64,000 bases of DNA from Daphnia carinata (GCF_022539665.2 NC_081334.1:1798001-1862000), one strand, 5' to 3'. Shown: positions 13,465-25,400, numbered from the stretch's first letter. Numbers and translations are program-made. Notes: generated from the letters alone by a model not told the origin.

Positions 13465-13537
13465 TTATAGATGGCATAATAGCAAAGCTACTGATTAGCA
13501 TGATAGAATACTTGGGTTCGATCCCCATACCAGTCAA
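13465..13537 (+). pseudogene. Second degenerate tRNA-like / Pol III A+B box element, divergent from the first
   Basis: A-box-like TGGCATAATAG (13472-82). T-arm TGGG-TTCGATC-CCCA containing B box GGTTCGATCCC (13515-25). TTTT at ~13587. Confidence 0.45.
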
Positions 13538-13671
13538 TTAAACAACTAAATAAATAAATGCAAAAAATAAATAATGTTACAAAGTATTTTATTTTCCCTC
13601 CTTCCACCCACAAATCCACCACTATACATATTCCACATAATACAACATACAATATATACAAATACACTTAA

Positions 13672-13987
13672 CTAACACGTTGGCTGCCACGCCACTACTA
13701 TCTACTATAGCTACATCGCTATCTAAAGGATAGCGACCAAGGGGGACTGAGGACAGTCCGGGCTGAAACGGCGATGAGACCTTTACGGAAATGCACATCC
13801 CAGGTCTACATCGCCGTCTCGAACAAGGGATTCCCTATGGTGCATTGCCTATGGGCCATTCGGCCAATCTTGGGCAGTGGCGCTGGTCCACCCCATGGCA
13901 GATAGCCATGGAGCAGAACAGCGCGGCCCGTCCCTGTCAAGCTACAAAAAAAAGGGGATAAAAGGTGGGTGGCAGCCAACGGGTTAG
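13672..13987 (+). mobile_element. 316-bp TTAA-flanked element with ~24-bp terminal inverted repeats (piggyBac-like MITE?) and a densely structured interior
   Basis: TTAA|CTAACACGTTGGCTGCCACGCCAC ... GTGGGTGGCAGCCAACGGGTTAG|TTAA, with TTAA at 13668-71 and 13988-91. At least five internal hairpins. Confidence 0.6.
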
Positions 13988-14029
13988 TTAACAATAAACA
14001 TTGCAAAACACACACAATACCAAAACGAC

Positions 14030-14425
14030 GAGGCGAAGACGCGGCGACCACGAAGCGAAGACGGGAGGGTGGGCGAGGCGAAGAAGGGATGACCGGCGAG
14101 GCGTAGACGGGACGACGAGCGGGGCAAAGACGCGGCGACTGGCGAGGCGAAGACGCGGCGACTGGAGAGGCGAAGACGCGGCGACTGGAGAGGCGAAGAC
14201 GCGGCGACTGGCGAGGCGAAGACGCGGCGACTGGCGAGGCGAAGACGCGGCGACTGGCGAGGCGAAGACGCGGCGACTGGCGAGGCGAAGACGCGGCGAC
14301 TGGCGAGGCGAAGACGCGGCGACTGGCGAGGCGAAGACGCGGCGACTGGCGAGGCGAAGACGCGGCGACTGGCGAGGCGAAGACGCGGCGACTGGCGAGG
14401 CGACGGGCGAGGTGAAGACGGGCGT
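14030..14425 (+). repeat. 23-bp GC-rich tandem array (GGCGAGGCGAAGACGCGGCGACT)n, ~12 near-perfect copies with degenerate flanks
   Basis: Directly visible. It accounts for the 23-aa periodic ORFs on both strands. Confidence 0.95.
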
Positions 14426-17400
14426 GGAGAAGAGGAAGAAGGCTTTGTTCTGTATCGTAAATGTAAAGAAAAAGAATTACTTAGTGTGAAATATAAGATT
14501 GCTGATGTAGCCAAATGTATGTAAGCAATTTGACTTACTTCTGTTGTCCAATGGCTAGAAATACTGTAGGGCCAGCAAATAGGCAGCAGACGGCAAAGAG
14601 TTGGCAGTCCTATGGTTGAATATTGAATTTATAAAACAAACAAACTATACTAGGTATGAGAAAAGTTTACCAATACCAATATAAATTGTGTTGAGGTACA
14701 TGTCTTTGTCTGTTGGTAGGCTAAGTAGAGTATACAACTACCGAAATGGCTGTGGTTACAGTTGGCACTGCAGCATAAGACGAATTTGGTGCACCTGTTA
14801 GATTACAATTGACAGGAGACCATGAGCGGTTAAAGATTAGAAGAATAATATTATGGTATTCCTACCCATAGGATTTGCATCTTTGGTGACATTCCTCAAC
14901 GGGAAGTATCCTTTACAAATGAAGTTTCATGAGCTAAACCTTAAAAGCAAATCTGCCAGTGAGATTCTGATAACAAAACATAAGTCTTATACCTCTCAAT
15001 GAGCACCAGAATAGTTTGATGAATGCAACATAATGGGTTGCGAATAGTTTTTTGGTTTGACAGCTGACATAGGTGATTACAAGACATGTAACATAAAAAC
15101 CAAGCATTTTGTGGGCTTTACTTGCAAAACACACTCTAGGATGAAAACACACAGAACCACCATTAGATTTTCTTGAACTTTCCCTTGGAATACGACATAC
15201 TTCACAAAAACTTTCGAACACAGGTTTCACTACTCCCAGTCACCAAGTAAGCAGTGGCACAGCAGCGTCATCTTGTTTTCCAATTACTAACCGTAATATT
15301 CGTAAAAATTGAAAATCTTGTTTTTTCGAGACGGGAACGGCACTGATGTGAACTCTTGTAACAAACTTCTTGAGCGTGAATCGAGCGTGAATGGCAAATA
15401 TGGGGGGCCACCCCCCCCCCCATATTTGTATCATTTCAATTTTATTTAAACAAATGCAGCGACCAAAATCATGAACAGCATTTTTATAATATAGCGATTT
15501 AACATGTTTTTGAGCCCGGTTTTTTCAGTCTTTTATTTATTTATCCAAAAACCTAGATATTTCTAGGAAATACATAATTTGGGTTCACAATTCAACAAGA
15601 AGCTTGATTGCACTTCACATCTAGAAATTTCATAACTTCACACATCTCTGGATTTCAAGCTATTAAACATTAATGCTGTCTGACAATACAATTTTCTTTC
15701 TTGAACACCTGCAATATTATTTCGGCCATATGTTTCACGGAAAAAATTCTCCACTGAGACAAGGACGTCGATTGAGCGTTGTCGTGTGCCTATTTCAATT
15801 AAATGGATTACACCTTCATTTTTCTGCTCCGAATACATCATTTTTGCCTGGAATTTTGTTTTGAATGGTATAGTTAGAATACATTGCATTGTGTTCATTA
15901 GCTTTGATCACTTACTTTTTGTCATACGTTCTTTAATTGCGTGAGGCTGTGAAATCGTCGACAGGCGATATCTGAATGAGGAAGTCAGCAAAGAGCTTGC
16001 AGACTCTTGAATAAACTCAAAACTATAAAAATCTAAAGATACCCTGAAATCAAATTGTAAAGAAAATTAATTTTGTTTTCCAGCACTTCAATTATTCACT
16101 GGGAATTACGATTATATCGAATGCAAAATATTAATAGCTCACAGTAAAATGAACAGCTAAATGAATCTAAGCAGCTTTACACTATCCAATTATAACGCAG
16201 ACTGGAGTTTTAACAAAAATAAGGAAAACAATTAATTACGCAAAAAAAGTTAATCAGTACCGGTCCATCTATCAGCCACAGAATAACAGAAATGTGATTC
16301 AGCCTAATCTAGAAAGCAAAACATTTTTTTGTTTTGTTATTGAAGAATGTATGTGTTCACTACAAACAAAAATGAGTAGTTGAAATATCTACCATAAAAT
16401 GCCTCTTTGAATGGCTGATCCTCTGTCATATAATGTCCTTCCAAAAAGTTATCAAACAGTTAAATTGTGTGTCATTGGTTGGCTGCTCTATGTGCTAATG
16501 AAAAAAATGTTGGGTAAACCCATTCAAAAATTCAACGTTAGACATATACTTCTTCTTAACCTCCTGATTTGATCATCCTTGAAAATGGACTGCTGGACAG
16601 ATTAGGAAGCATCCGTAACATTACATTAGCAACACAGTTTTACCCGGGAAATCCTAAACGAGAGAAAAAGAACAATTAAGCTGTGTTGCATTTTACTAAT
16701 AAAAAAGAGTGAAATATTTTGATAGTACATCAAGTTTTATCCTACAGCTGATTAATGGTGAGAAGACAAATGTAATCATCACCCTTGGGGTAGACATTTT
16801 CCGAAGTCCTGTTCGCCATGTCCCTGCTTTCTTTCAGCAGCATTCCTCCTAAAATGGCAAATGTTTGATTAACGTTAGAAAATTAGCTAACTCTGTAGAA
16901 ATGCATTACCATGTGTAACATACTTGATGACGATGGAGAATCCTTGTTCCATCATGCAATAAGAAGCTATATGGCAGTTGCCGGAAAGCCTGGATGGAAA
17001 AATCTATTCATTAGATTGATATTGATGGAATTTTATTGTACCATTTGCCTTTCAATTTATTCATTCGATGCATGTTTATGGGATTTTATCGTACCATTTG
17101 CCTGTCAAGCATTTCCTACTGCATAGGTGTTCGGGAATAATCACGGCTGTACGAACTTTGTGCTACAACTTGAATATGGCTCGTTGTTGTATCTGCTGAG
17201 GGCTTACATTCCCGAAGCTGACTCTTGCTCACAGTTGGGTAAATCTATTAGATGGATTAGAATTTTCATTGATGTGACATAAAGGATGTCATCTAAAATA
17301 ACGGATGAGACGGCACTATATTATGTTGACTTTCTAGACTGCTTCTGCCACGGACAAATCACACCGGCACGCACGACAGATCGTCAGCTGTTGGTAGTGT

Positions 17401-17561
17401 AGGTAGATATAGTCATAATTAGTTAACCGATCCACATCTGCCATATTGCGAAATCATCGCCCTTCGCTTTACAGACGTATGAAAAGAAATCGTGAAAACT
17501 ATGGCAATATGGCAACCCGTTTTACCCAAATATTTCTGCTGCATCGCGCTAGCAATGTATC

Positions 17562-18199
17562 AAATATTCGGTGTATTTAAAAAACGATTAACTTAATGAA
17601 AAAAACAGCAATTTTCCCGGAATCAGCATTTAATTTTGAGTATATCTTGTAATATTCAACCAATGCCGATGAGTGCCAGTTTTTGCAGAAATTTTTTTTA
17701 AGCCCGACTAAATAAGCCCGACTTTTCTTATTTTTTCGTTTTCTACGTTTAATTAAAAAACCATAAGACCAATTGAATAATAAATTTGATTTCCATGATA
17801 AGCATTCAATTCTGAATCGAAATCATGTGTTTTAAGCGAAATTTAAAATTTAGCCAAAAATGAAAAAGTGCAAAGGCTATATAGCTTTACTACTTTTGTC
17901 AAAATCGGCGAAAAAATGACATCTCTTGGAATTCGATGAAAAACACTCGGTATAATCAAAATTAATTAACGCTGATTCAGAAAAAGTCATTCATCTTCTT
18001 GTCAAGTTAGCCGTTTTTGAATTACATCGAATATTCGTGCAAAAATAAAACAAGTCGGGTTTAAAATTTTTTCTACAAAAACCGGCATTCATCGGAATCG
18101 TTTGAACATTTTAGGGTATACTCAAAATTGACTGCTGATTTCGACAAAAATGTCAATTTTTTCATTACGTCAACCGTTTTGGAAATACACCGAATATTT
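17562..18199. mobile_element. ~640-bp imperfect palindromic (foldback/MITE-like) element
   Basis: 17562-17710 is the reverse complement of 18053-18199 (AAATATTCGGTGTATTT / AAATACACCGAATATTT). The centre at 17880/81 is itself palindromic (aaggctat|atagcttt). A 24-bp direct repeat lies at 17529-52 and 18193-216. Confidence 0.75.
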
Positions 18200-19069
18200 C
18201 TGCTGCATCGCGCTAGTGCTGTAGCATACTGGCGCGCTAGCATTGTGTCAAATATTCAGTTCACGTAGTCTTCCATACAATGCAATACTTTCAGATTCTT
18301 CAAAAATAGATCCGTTTTAAACTGATAATTATGCTTAATTACTACATAATTGAACCTTCTTCTATATTATTCTCTTCTATCTATTTTTGGAGACTCTGGT
18401 TTTTATACGGCTAGAATATGTAAACTCGTCATTAGATGCAATGCCATGCTAAACAAAAATAGTCTACGAAGTAGTCTTTTTGTTTCAATGCAGTTCTGAG
18501 AGCATTTGAAGAAAACAAAAATCTAGTTAACTACTTTTGAATTTTTGCAAATTAAAGAGTTTACAACCTCATGTCTAAACTCTAAAGCTTAGCTATAATA
18601 AATAACAGGCCACACAATGAGGCATGGCTGCCATGTCAAAAGGAGATCTCAGATCAGTGAATGATTGAATTATCAACTTATCATTTATGCAAAATGCAAG
18701 CAGCTTCAGATGAAATTTGTCCTATTTATTGCTAACTGCAAAATCAAAAATGAAAAAAAAGCAAATCAAAATCCAGCATTTAAAACACCCAGAAGCAATG
18801 TTTTTATAATTAAACTAAACGTATGGGAGATGGACCAAAATAAATAAAGTTGATTGGAAGATCTTTGTTGCTAGAACTGAAATTTGGAATTAGTTGATGT
18901 TATACCAAAAGTATGAAAACTAGTTTGAATTTCGTACGTATCGTACATTTAAATCACATACACAGGGACAAAAAAGAGAGAGCAGCGGACGAGAAAAAAC
19001 AAACAAATGAAAAACAAATACTAAGTTATTCAAGTTACTATGACAGCTCTATTACTATACAATTTCACA

Positions 19070-22000
19070 AGTCACCTTAAGGCATTAAAATACTTGGTGT
19101 ATGCAGTTAGTGTATAGCATCACCAAAGCATTAAACAAGTAACTAATTGCACCTGAAACTCCACTGGCCAGATGGCAGGTCGTATACTTGTGCACATGTG
19201 ATTTTTCCCATGTTAGCTACTTACACATTTAGTGTCACTGTCTTTTAATACATGAATCAAGAGGAAATGAGTTTACAAGAGAGGAAGCTTAACCATAGAA
19301 TCATTACCAGGATGTGTGGAAGTGAAATTATCAATATCACAGCTGCTATAACTTTTAGAATACTTAACTTTTGCACAAAACATTCTCCAATTCATTTTTT
19401 TTCTTTTCCTGACCTATATCAAGAAAATTCAAAACAAATAAATGTAGAAAACTTCTGCTTGTGAAAGTAAACATGTACCTGTAACATTGATTGAAGGCCA
19501 ATAATTCCTTATTGGCTTCCACACACCATTCCAGAACATAACCAATGGTAGTAACTTGAAAAATATCTTGCATCTGTTTTAAATGTTCGTATCTCTCTGG
19601 TAAACCTAAAATCTCTTGCTAATGAATAATAAAATTATGAACAAAATCACCACGAAGGTATTTGCCTATTGTTTCGTTGAAAACTCGTTGAAAAATATGC
19701 TAAGTTGTCTGCTAACCACACGCATCAGACTTCAGATCAGGCTTGCAGCGCCATCTATTGGATTCAGGTTATGCTTGCGACCGCCATCTATTGGATTTCA
19801 TTTAGCTAGCAACGCCATCTATTGGACTTTAGTCAGACTTGTATTCAACCAGGCTTACAACGCCATCTAGTTAGTGCTTAGAAATAAAAATCAACGTCAT
19901 CTAGTGCTAAGAAATAATACTGTTCGCGGTTGGATTAGCAACCACACAACGCCATCTGTTATCGAGATTCATTCATTTAGACTTTCAACTACATGCAGAC
20001 AATTTATGGCCATCTAACGTTGATAAAACCAACCATAAGAATTTTATCAAGAAAGATTAACGTTAACAGATAATGGTGATTAAGTTTCTATAATGGTTTA
20101 CTTACCGAATCGGTATATGAAGTAATTTTGCCGCAAGGTGGTCCCCTAAGTAGCAGCGGCACAATGACTTCCTTTAGCCTTTTCTTGGAATCAAATCAAA
20201 TTTTAGAAACAAACAATGTTCAAGCAATCTATGTGGGTACCTTAGTGTCTGTCAAATGTAAGGAAGGCTTAGTAACTGTAGTAGCAAATTTCTTTTTACA
20301 GGCTCACCACCTAAACATCATTGAAATAGTTTATTAAACACAGTAATATGGGGAGAAGTTGAGGAAGTTCTCCTCAACAAGAGTCACACTTTTTGCAGCT
20401 TTCTAAACATCTGAATGCATTAATTTACCACAAGGTGGGTATTATGGGGTCAATTTTTTTTTATTTCCTCATTTTTTTTCTTTCTGCCTCTGCTCTCCCA
20501 ACCTGTTCCTATTTATTCAGTTTGTATTTGACTGTCAAGCTAGAATTCCTTTACCAACGTTTCTGCTGCCATTAAAATTGTTTACTATAACAGCAAATGC
20601 CAAAACAATCAATATTTGCTGAACAGAAAAGCTTACTGATGAAGCCAATCTCAGAAGTATCTACAGGAACCAAACGAAATAAATTATAATAACAAAATAT
20701 ATAAATTTTCACTCTACACACATAAGAACCTATGCAATCTCCATGGTATCATTCCCCACAGCAGTCACAGACACTATTGGACTGTATTAAATATTTTGTT
20801 ATTAAGAAGCAATTAATAAGGTTTTCAAATACTTGCATAATAAGTTTACAGACATCTGAGCTGTTCCATGCGCAGCTCTTCCTCGGTATTACTGAACTAT
20901 GAACTTACAGTCCAAATATGGACTCCGCTAGAGTGCTTTGCCTGACAGGTTTAACGCCATCTGGCGAAATCCATAGTTTCCGGGGGAAGTGTATATTTTA
21001 GAAGCCGCTTTACCAGGCTATGCTCGTTTTGTTTCATCATTAAGATGATTTTGGATTACTGCTAATGTAACTGCTTTGCTTGGCTATATACTCTAAATAT
21101 AAATAAATATATAAATATACTCTTTCTACTTGAAATTATAAAGGAATTACTGAATATTGATACAACTTCACGTCACTGTAGAAACTTTACTGTAAAGGCA
21201 GAATCATTTGATTTACGCTTACCGACATTCCCAGAGTGGTGGATGAAAAGCTTTCTAAACGATAAAGCATAACGGTAACGTTTGTTCCCAAATCTCTTGC
21301 GTTAACTAAAATGGAAAAACGAAAAATTCGTTCAAGGATTCTTCAATGTGATAGATGTTCAGTATCAATGGTCACCAAAAAAACTTACAGATGACGCTAA
21401 TCTCAGAAAAAATCTATGAAAGGTCAAAGGAAATAAATTATAATAAAAAATTATATGTTTTCCTTCTACACAAATAATTACCTATGCAATCTCCATGGTG
21501 TTATTCCCCACAGAAGTTGCAGCCACTATTTGAATGTATTAAATACATTGCTATCTAAGAAGCAATAATAGAGCGGACTTCTTATTACTTCCTGAGTAAT
21601 CCATCAATATTTCTACGTGTATGCCTTTTCTCTCCTTCCTAAATAAGCTTATTAGCATTTGCAACTAGGCAAATAAGCTATCAACACTATTGTTTTTTAT
21701 CACTTACCATCTCTAATATTAATGAAAACAAATGTCACATTAACATTATTCTGCCATTGTTTCAATTTTTCTGTTATTCTTATCATTCTGTAAGAAAATA
21801 ACTTGCAATTATATACAAGAATTCTATTATACCAATCCCCAGAACGTTAGTTGGTTATTTAATTGCCAAACGGTTTTTGAATACCAAGCAGGCATGCTGC
21901 AAGGTCTCATTTTCTTTTTTGATACAGAGTTATTAGTGTTATTACATCCATGTGCTGTGCTTGATCCATGCATTGCTGGAAACAGATAATAGTAACTATG

Positions 22001-22440
22001 TCACTCAATGGAATACCTTCATTTATGACTAATTATCTTGTGATTACCCATTTTCTTTAAGAGGACCAAGCATTTTACAGCAATAATTTCAGAAGCATTG
22101 TCAAATGGAAGCACGCCAGTAGCAAGTTATCGAGCATGTCCCAGATAGACTAAATGTTTGCATTTTCAGGCTTCCGATGTTTTGAAAAATGATGAATCTA
22201 AATAAATAAAACCATGATTAAAATTAAAAGTAGGGTAATATTTCTTCAAAGTAAAATATAAAAAATCGAGTATAGTGAATTTAAACCAGGCTTAAAACTC
22301 AACCAGTGCATTCAATTCACACCATCCACGAATGATGTAACACTGCCCACCTATTAAGGCCATTTATGAATAATAAGAATCTACAACAGTAACGCCATCT
22401 ATGAGTAAAATATACATTCTTCTGCCGCCTTCTGTGAATG
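19070..22440 (-). repeat. Inverted, rearranged copy of the 5.5-12.7 kb repeat family (copy 2)
   Basis: Reverse-complement matches to the modules at 6917-7610, 9715-9775 and 11021-11865. Internal ~190-bp duplication at 20632-20820 and 21384-21570. Confidence 0.75.
19726..19960 (-). repeat. ~31-33 bp minisatellite with CCAATAGATGGCG core on the minus strand
   Basis: cgccatctattgg three times plus further cgccatct units. Homologous to the 11.0 kb and 63.5 kb arrays. Confidence 0.8.
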
Positions 22441-25400
22441 GTGTAAGACATGCATTCTGAGAGATGTATGTCTCTCGGAATAATATAAGAAGGCTATTTA
22501 ACCTTCCCACCTTTTAATTTTGCGTAAATTTTCCATTTAGATGACAATACATTATTCCGATTCAGAATTGAACGGGAATCCCGAACTTTTGGTTATTTTG
22601 ATGTTGGGCGTGTACTTTTTAAAAATAAATAATTAAAAGCTGAAGATCAAGCGCGAACTTAGATTTAAGCTTACATCAGTACATTGCAAAGAAATTATTT
22701 ATTTATTCTTATTTGCAAAGAAGCAACCGATTAAATTTCGCAACACGTGACGATAAAAACTACTTCCACTCACAAGTCTAACTAAAAAAAAAAAAATTAA
22801 AGTAAGATAAGTAAATCAATAAGTAGTTGCTGTTCCCGTTGAAAGAGTTTTTCATGATTACTGTCCACAAACTGTACGACTAACTGTAATTAACAAAAGG
22901 AAAGTAAAAGAAAACCTAATGACTTCTATAGATGTTTTGCCTTACGGGTTCCACCGACGACAAGACTGTCACGCAGCAGGAAAACAAGCAAGCAAAGACG
23001 AAGATTACAGTAACTCATAATATACCAAGGATTTTGGGATTGTGCCCAGCATTATTGCCAAACGAAGCAATATTGTGTTTGTATACACACGTGTCCTTAT
23101 TAAAGGACAAAATCTGTGACGAAGGGGTCATCGTTTCTCTTATTTCGGGCTTCATTTTCTCTGTATGTTTCTCTTATATATTACTATATTTTTTCATCCT
23201 CTTCGTCATTGCTGATTAAAGAAGAACACGTACGTCTAGTCGTTTGGCCATGTCAGCGACTTAGTCGACGTTGCATCTAAGGACAGCACCATCCCATTCA
23301 AGAAAAAAAAAAGGAAACAGCAAACGGATGATTTAGAAACTACTCTAAAACGGCATATACAAAAGCTGTTTGTTCAACTAAATATATAAACACATGTCCA
23401 ACATAATCCGACAGCGACTTGCTTCGGCTGCTGTTCTCCTTTTCTTTTTCTTTTTTTTTTGTTTATAGGACGGTGCAAATGTCGGTGTCGTTCGACACGC
23501 CTCCGCCACAGCAAAGCTCTTTACATAAACCAGAGAGGTCTCTATAGAGCCTGATATAGAAAGAGGTGACATGGCAGGCCGTCAAAGAGCCCCTTCTTTT
23601 AAGGGCATCCGCACAATGTACTCGACGTGAAAATGAAAAAAAAAAAAAAAGAAATATATATGAGAATAGCTTTTTTTTTCCCCCTTTAAACACAAGAGAG
23701 GCAACAACTTTTTTGCACTCTATTGATCTAGCTCGTGAGTGAGAGGGAGAAAGGCAAGAGACGCAAATTTACTGGCTGTCTGTCACGAAGGCCCAAATAC
23801 GGTACAAGAGGATGTGTTGGCGCAAACAGCACAACAGCAGGCTCGGATTGTAAAAGGCGATAGAAGAAAAGCCAGTCAGCAGCAGTAAGACGAGAACGAA
23901 AGAACAGGAAAGGGGGAGGAAAAGAAAAAAAAAAAGCTGGGATTGCACTCAAAGGATTGACACGGTAAGATGATATCGTCATAGAAACGACGTAAAAGAC
24001 GACGAAGCTTCTTGCCGGCTGTCTCTAGCGGATCATGTGATTCCAGCGTAAATATCCCCCGTTGGTTGGACTGTTGCGTGCTTTGTCCGCTTCTTGTGCG
24101 GCCATTGCGTTTGGCTATTGCCATCGATTGCTGATGTAACAAGCCAAATCGAACGATAGTAACAAAAGCGATGTGTGTGTGTGTGTTACTCGTCGTGTAC
24201 CATGTATAGTCGACAGCACTTACTTGATGTATGCCATCAGCCAGAAAGGCACAACGAATTGCCATGCAATTAAAAGATTTGTTCTCCTCTTCTTTTTATG
24301 TTTCTCTCTCTGTCTCTGTTTTCGGATGGGAGTTGTTTTGTTTGCACCGTAAATTCGCCAAGCAAGAGTTGGCTTATACACGCCAACTTGCACCTGGCAC
24401 CCACCCGTGTGGTACAGTCTGCTTTAATTAAGGACGTCAATCGACTCGGCAATGCTTAGCGGTCGGGCCCTCCACAACATACAACTTGGATGTCTTCCTA
24501 TACGTTGGAGTTCTCCTCGTTATTTTTACGCTTGTGTATCTATACAACCGCAGATCGATTAGCGAAACGTAAACGCTATATGCCACAAAACTTGTATATT
24601 TCTTTTCATATTTTTTTTTAAGAAGGGCAAAGCAGGAAAGACATAAAACATAATAAAAAAAAAAAAGTTAGGCTATTATCAAACTCAATTCCTTTTTTTT
24701 TAAGTAGGCCATAATACGTAATAGTAAAGTACTATAGAACATACCGCTAGGGAAATGGCTTTACAAGTCGATTGACAATGAAAGAAAAAACATAAGCTGC
24801 TGCAATTTCGCCAAACGATTCCGAGGAATTCAATCAACGAATGGCGAACGAGAAGAAAACGTCAATCACTGGGCCTTCTTATATACGTTCTGAGGCAAAG
24901 TATGACGTCACGGGCCGAGTGATAGTACAAAGATTGGGCCCATTGAGAGTGAACATCTGATCTTTTCCATAACTTTTTAGCGCACTCTATTTTCCATGTG
25001 CATTATAAATATGACAGCATAGCCAAAGAGGACATGTGGGAAATGGTGGGACGACCGGACTTGCGATCGATAGGTGACTCGCCTCCAAAGGCAATCAATT
25101 CTTTTTCCCGTCTCCCATTCTAATGACAATGTATTTAGGCGCATAATGAAAAAGACAACCGAGATTATAATCTTACCAAAACTCCCTGTGTGATTATGTA
25201 TGGGAAATCGCTTCTGATTGGCTATTTTTCGTTCTTGTTCCCAACTAATCTATTGGTTCTCGAATTCCCGAAGAGAGGTCCCAATCTTATTATCATTATT
25301 ATGTCCTTTCCGAGAATAGCAGATTGATATAACAGATTCTAATGAATTGCATTCCCTCTAAACTATTTGATTTTCTTCCCCCCCCCCTTTTTTTTTTTCT

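Noticed and set aside
13303..13537. Functional tRNA genes
   Set aside because: Acceptor and anticodon stems do not pair; only the A/B boxes and one T-arm remain.
13749..13765. GAGGACAGTCCGGGC resembling the RNase P/MRP CR-I motif
   Set aside because: No matching CR-V/P4 partner was found near the 3' end of the fold.
13984..14514. 162-aa and 176-aa ORFs on opposite strands
   Set aside because: By-products of the stop-free 23-bp tandem repeat.
14530..17400. Exon-like fragments on the minus strand
   Set aside because: Frames are interrupted by stops and I recognise no domain, so they cannot be assigned without a search.
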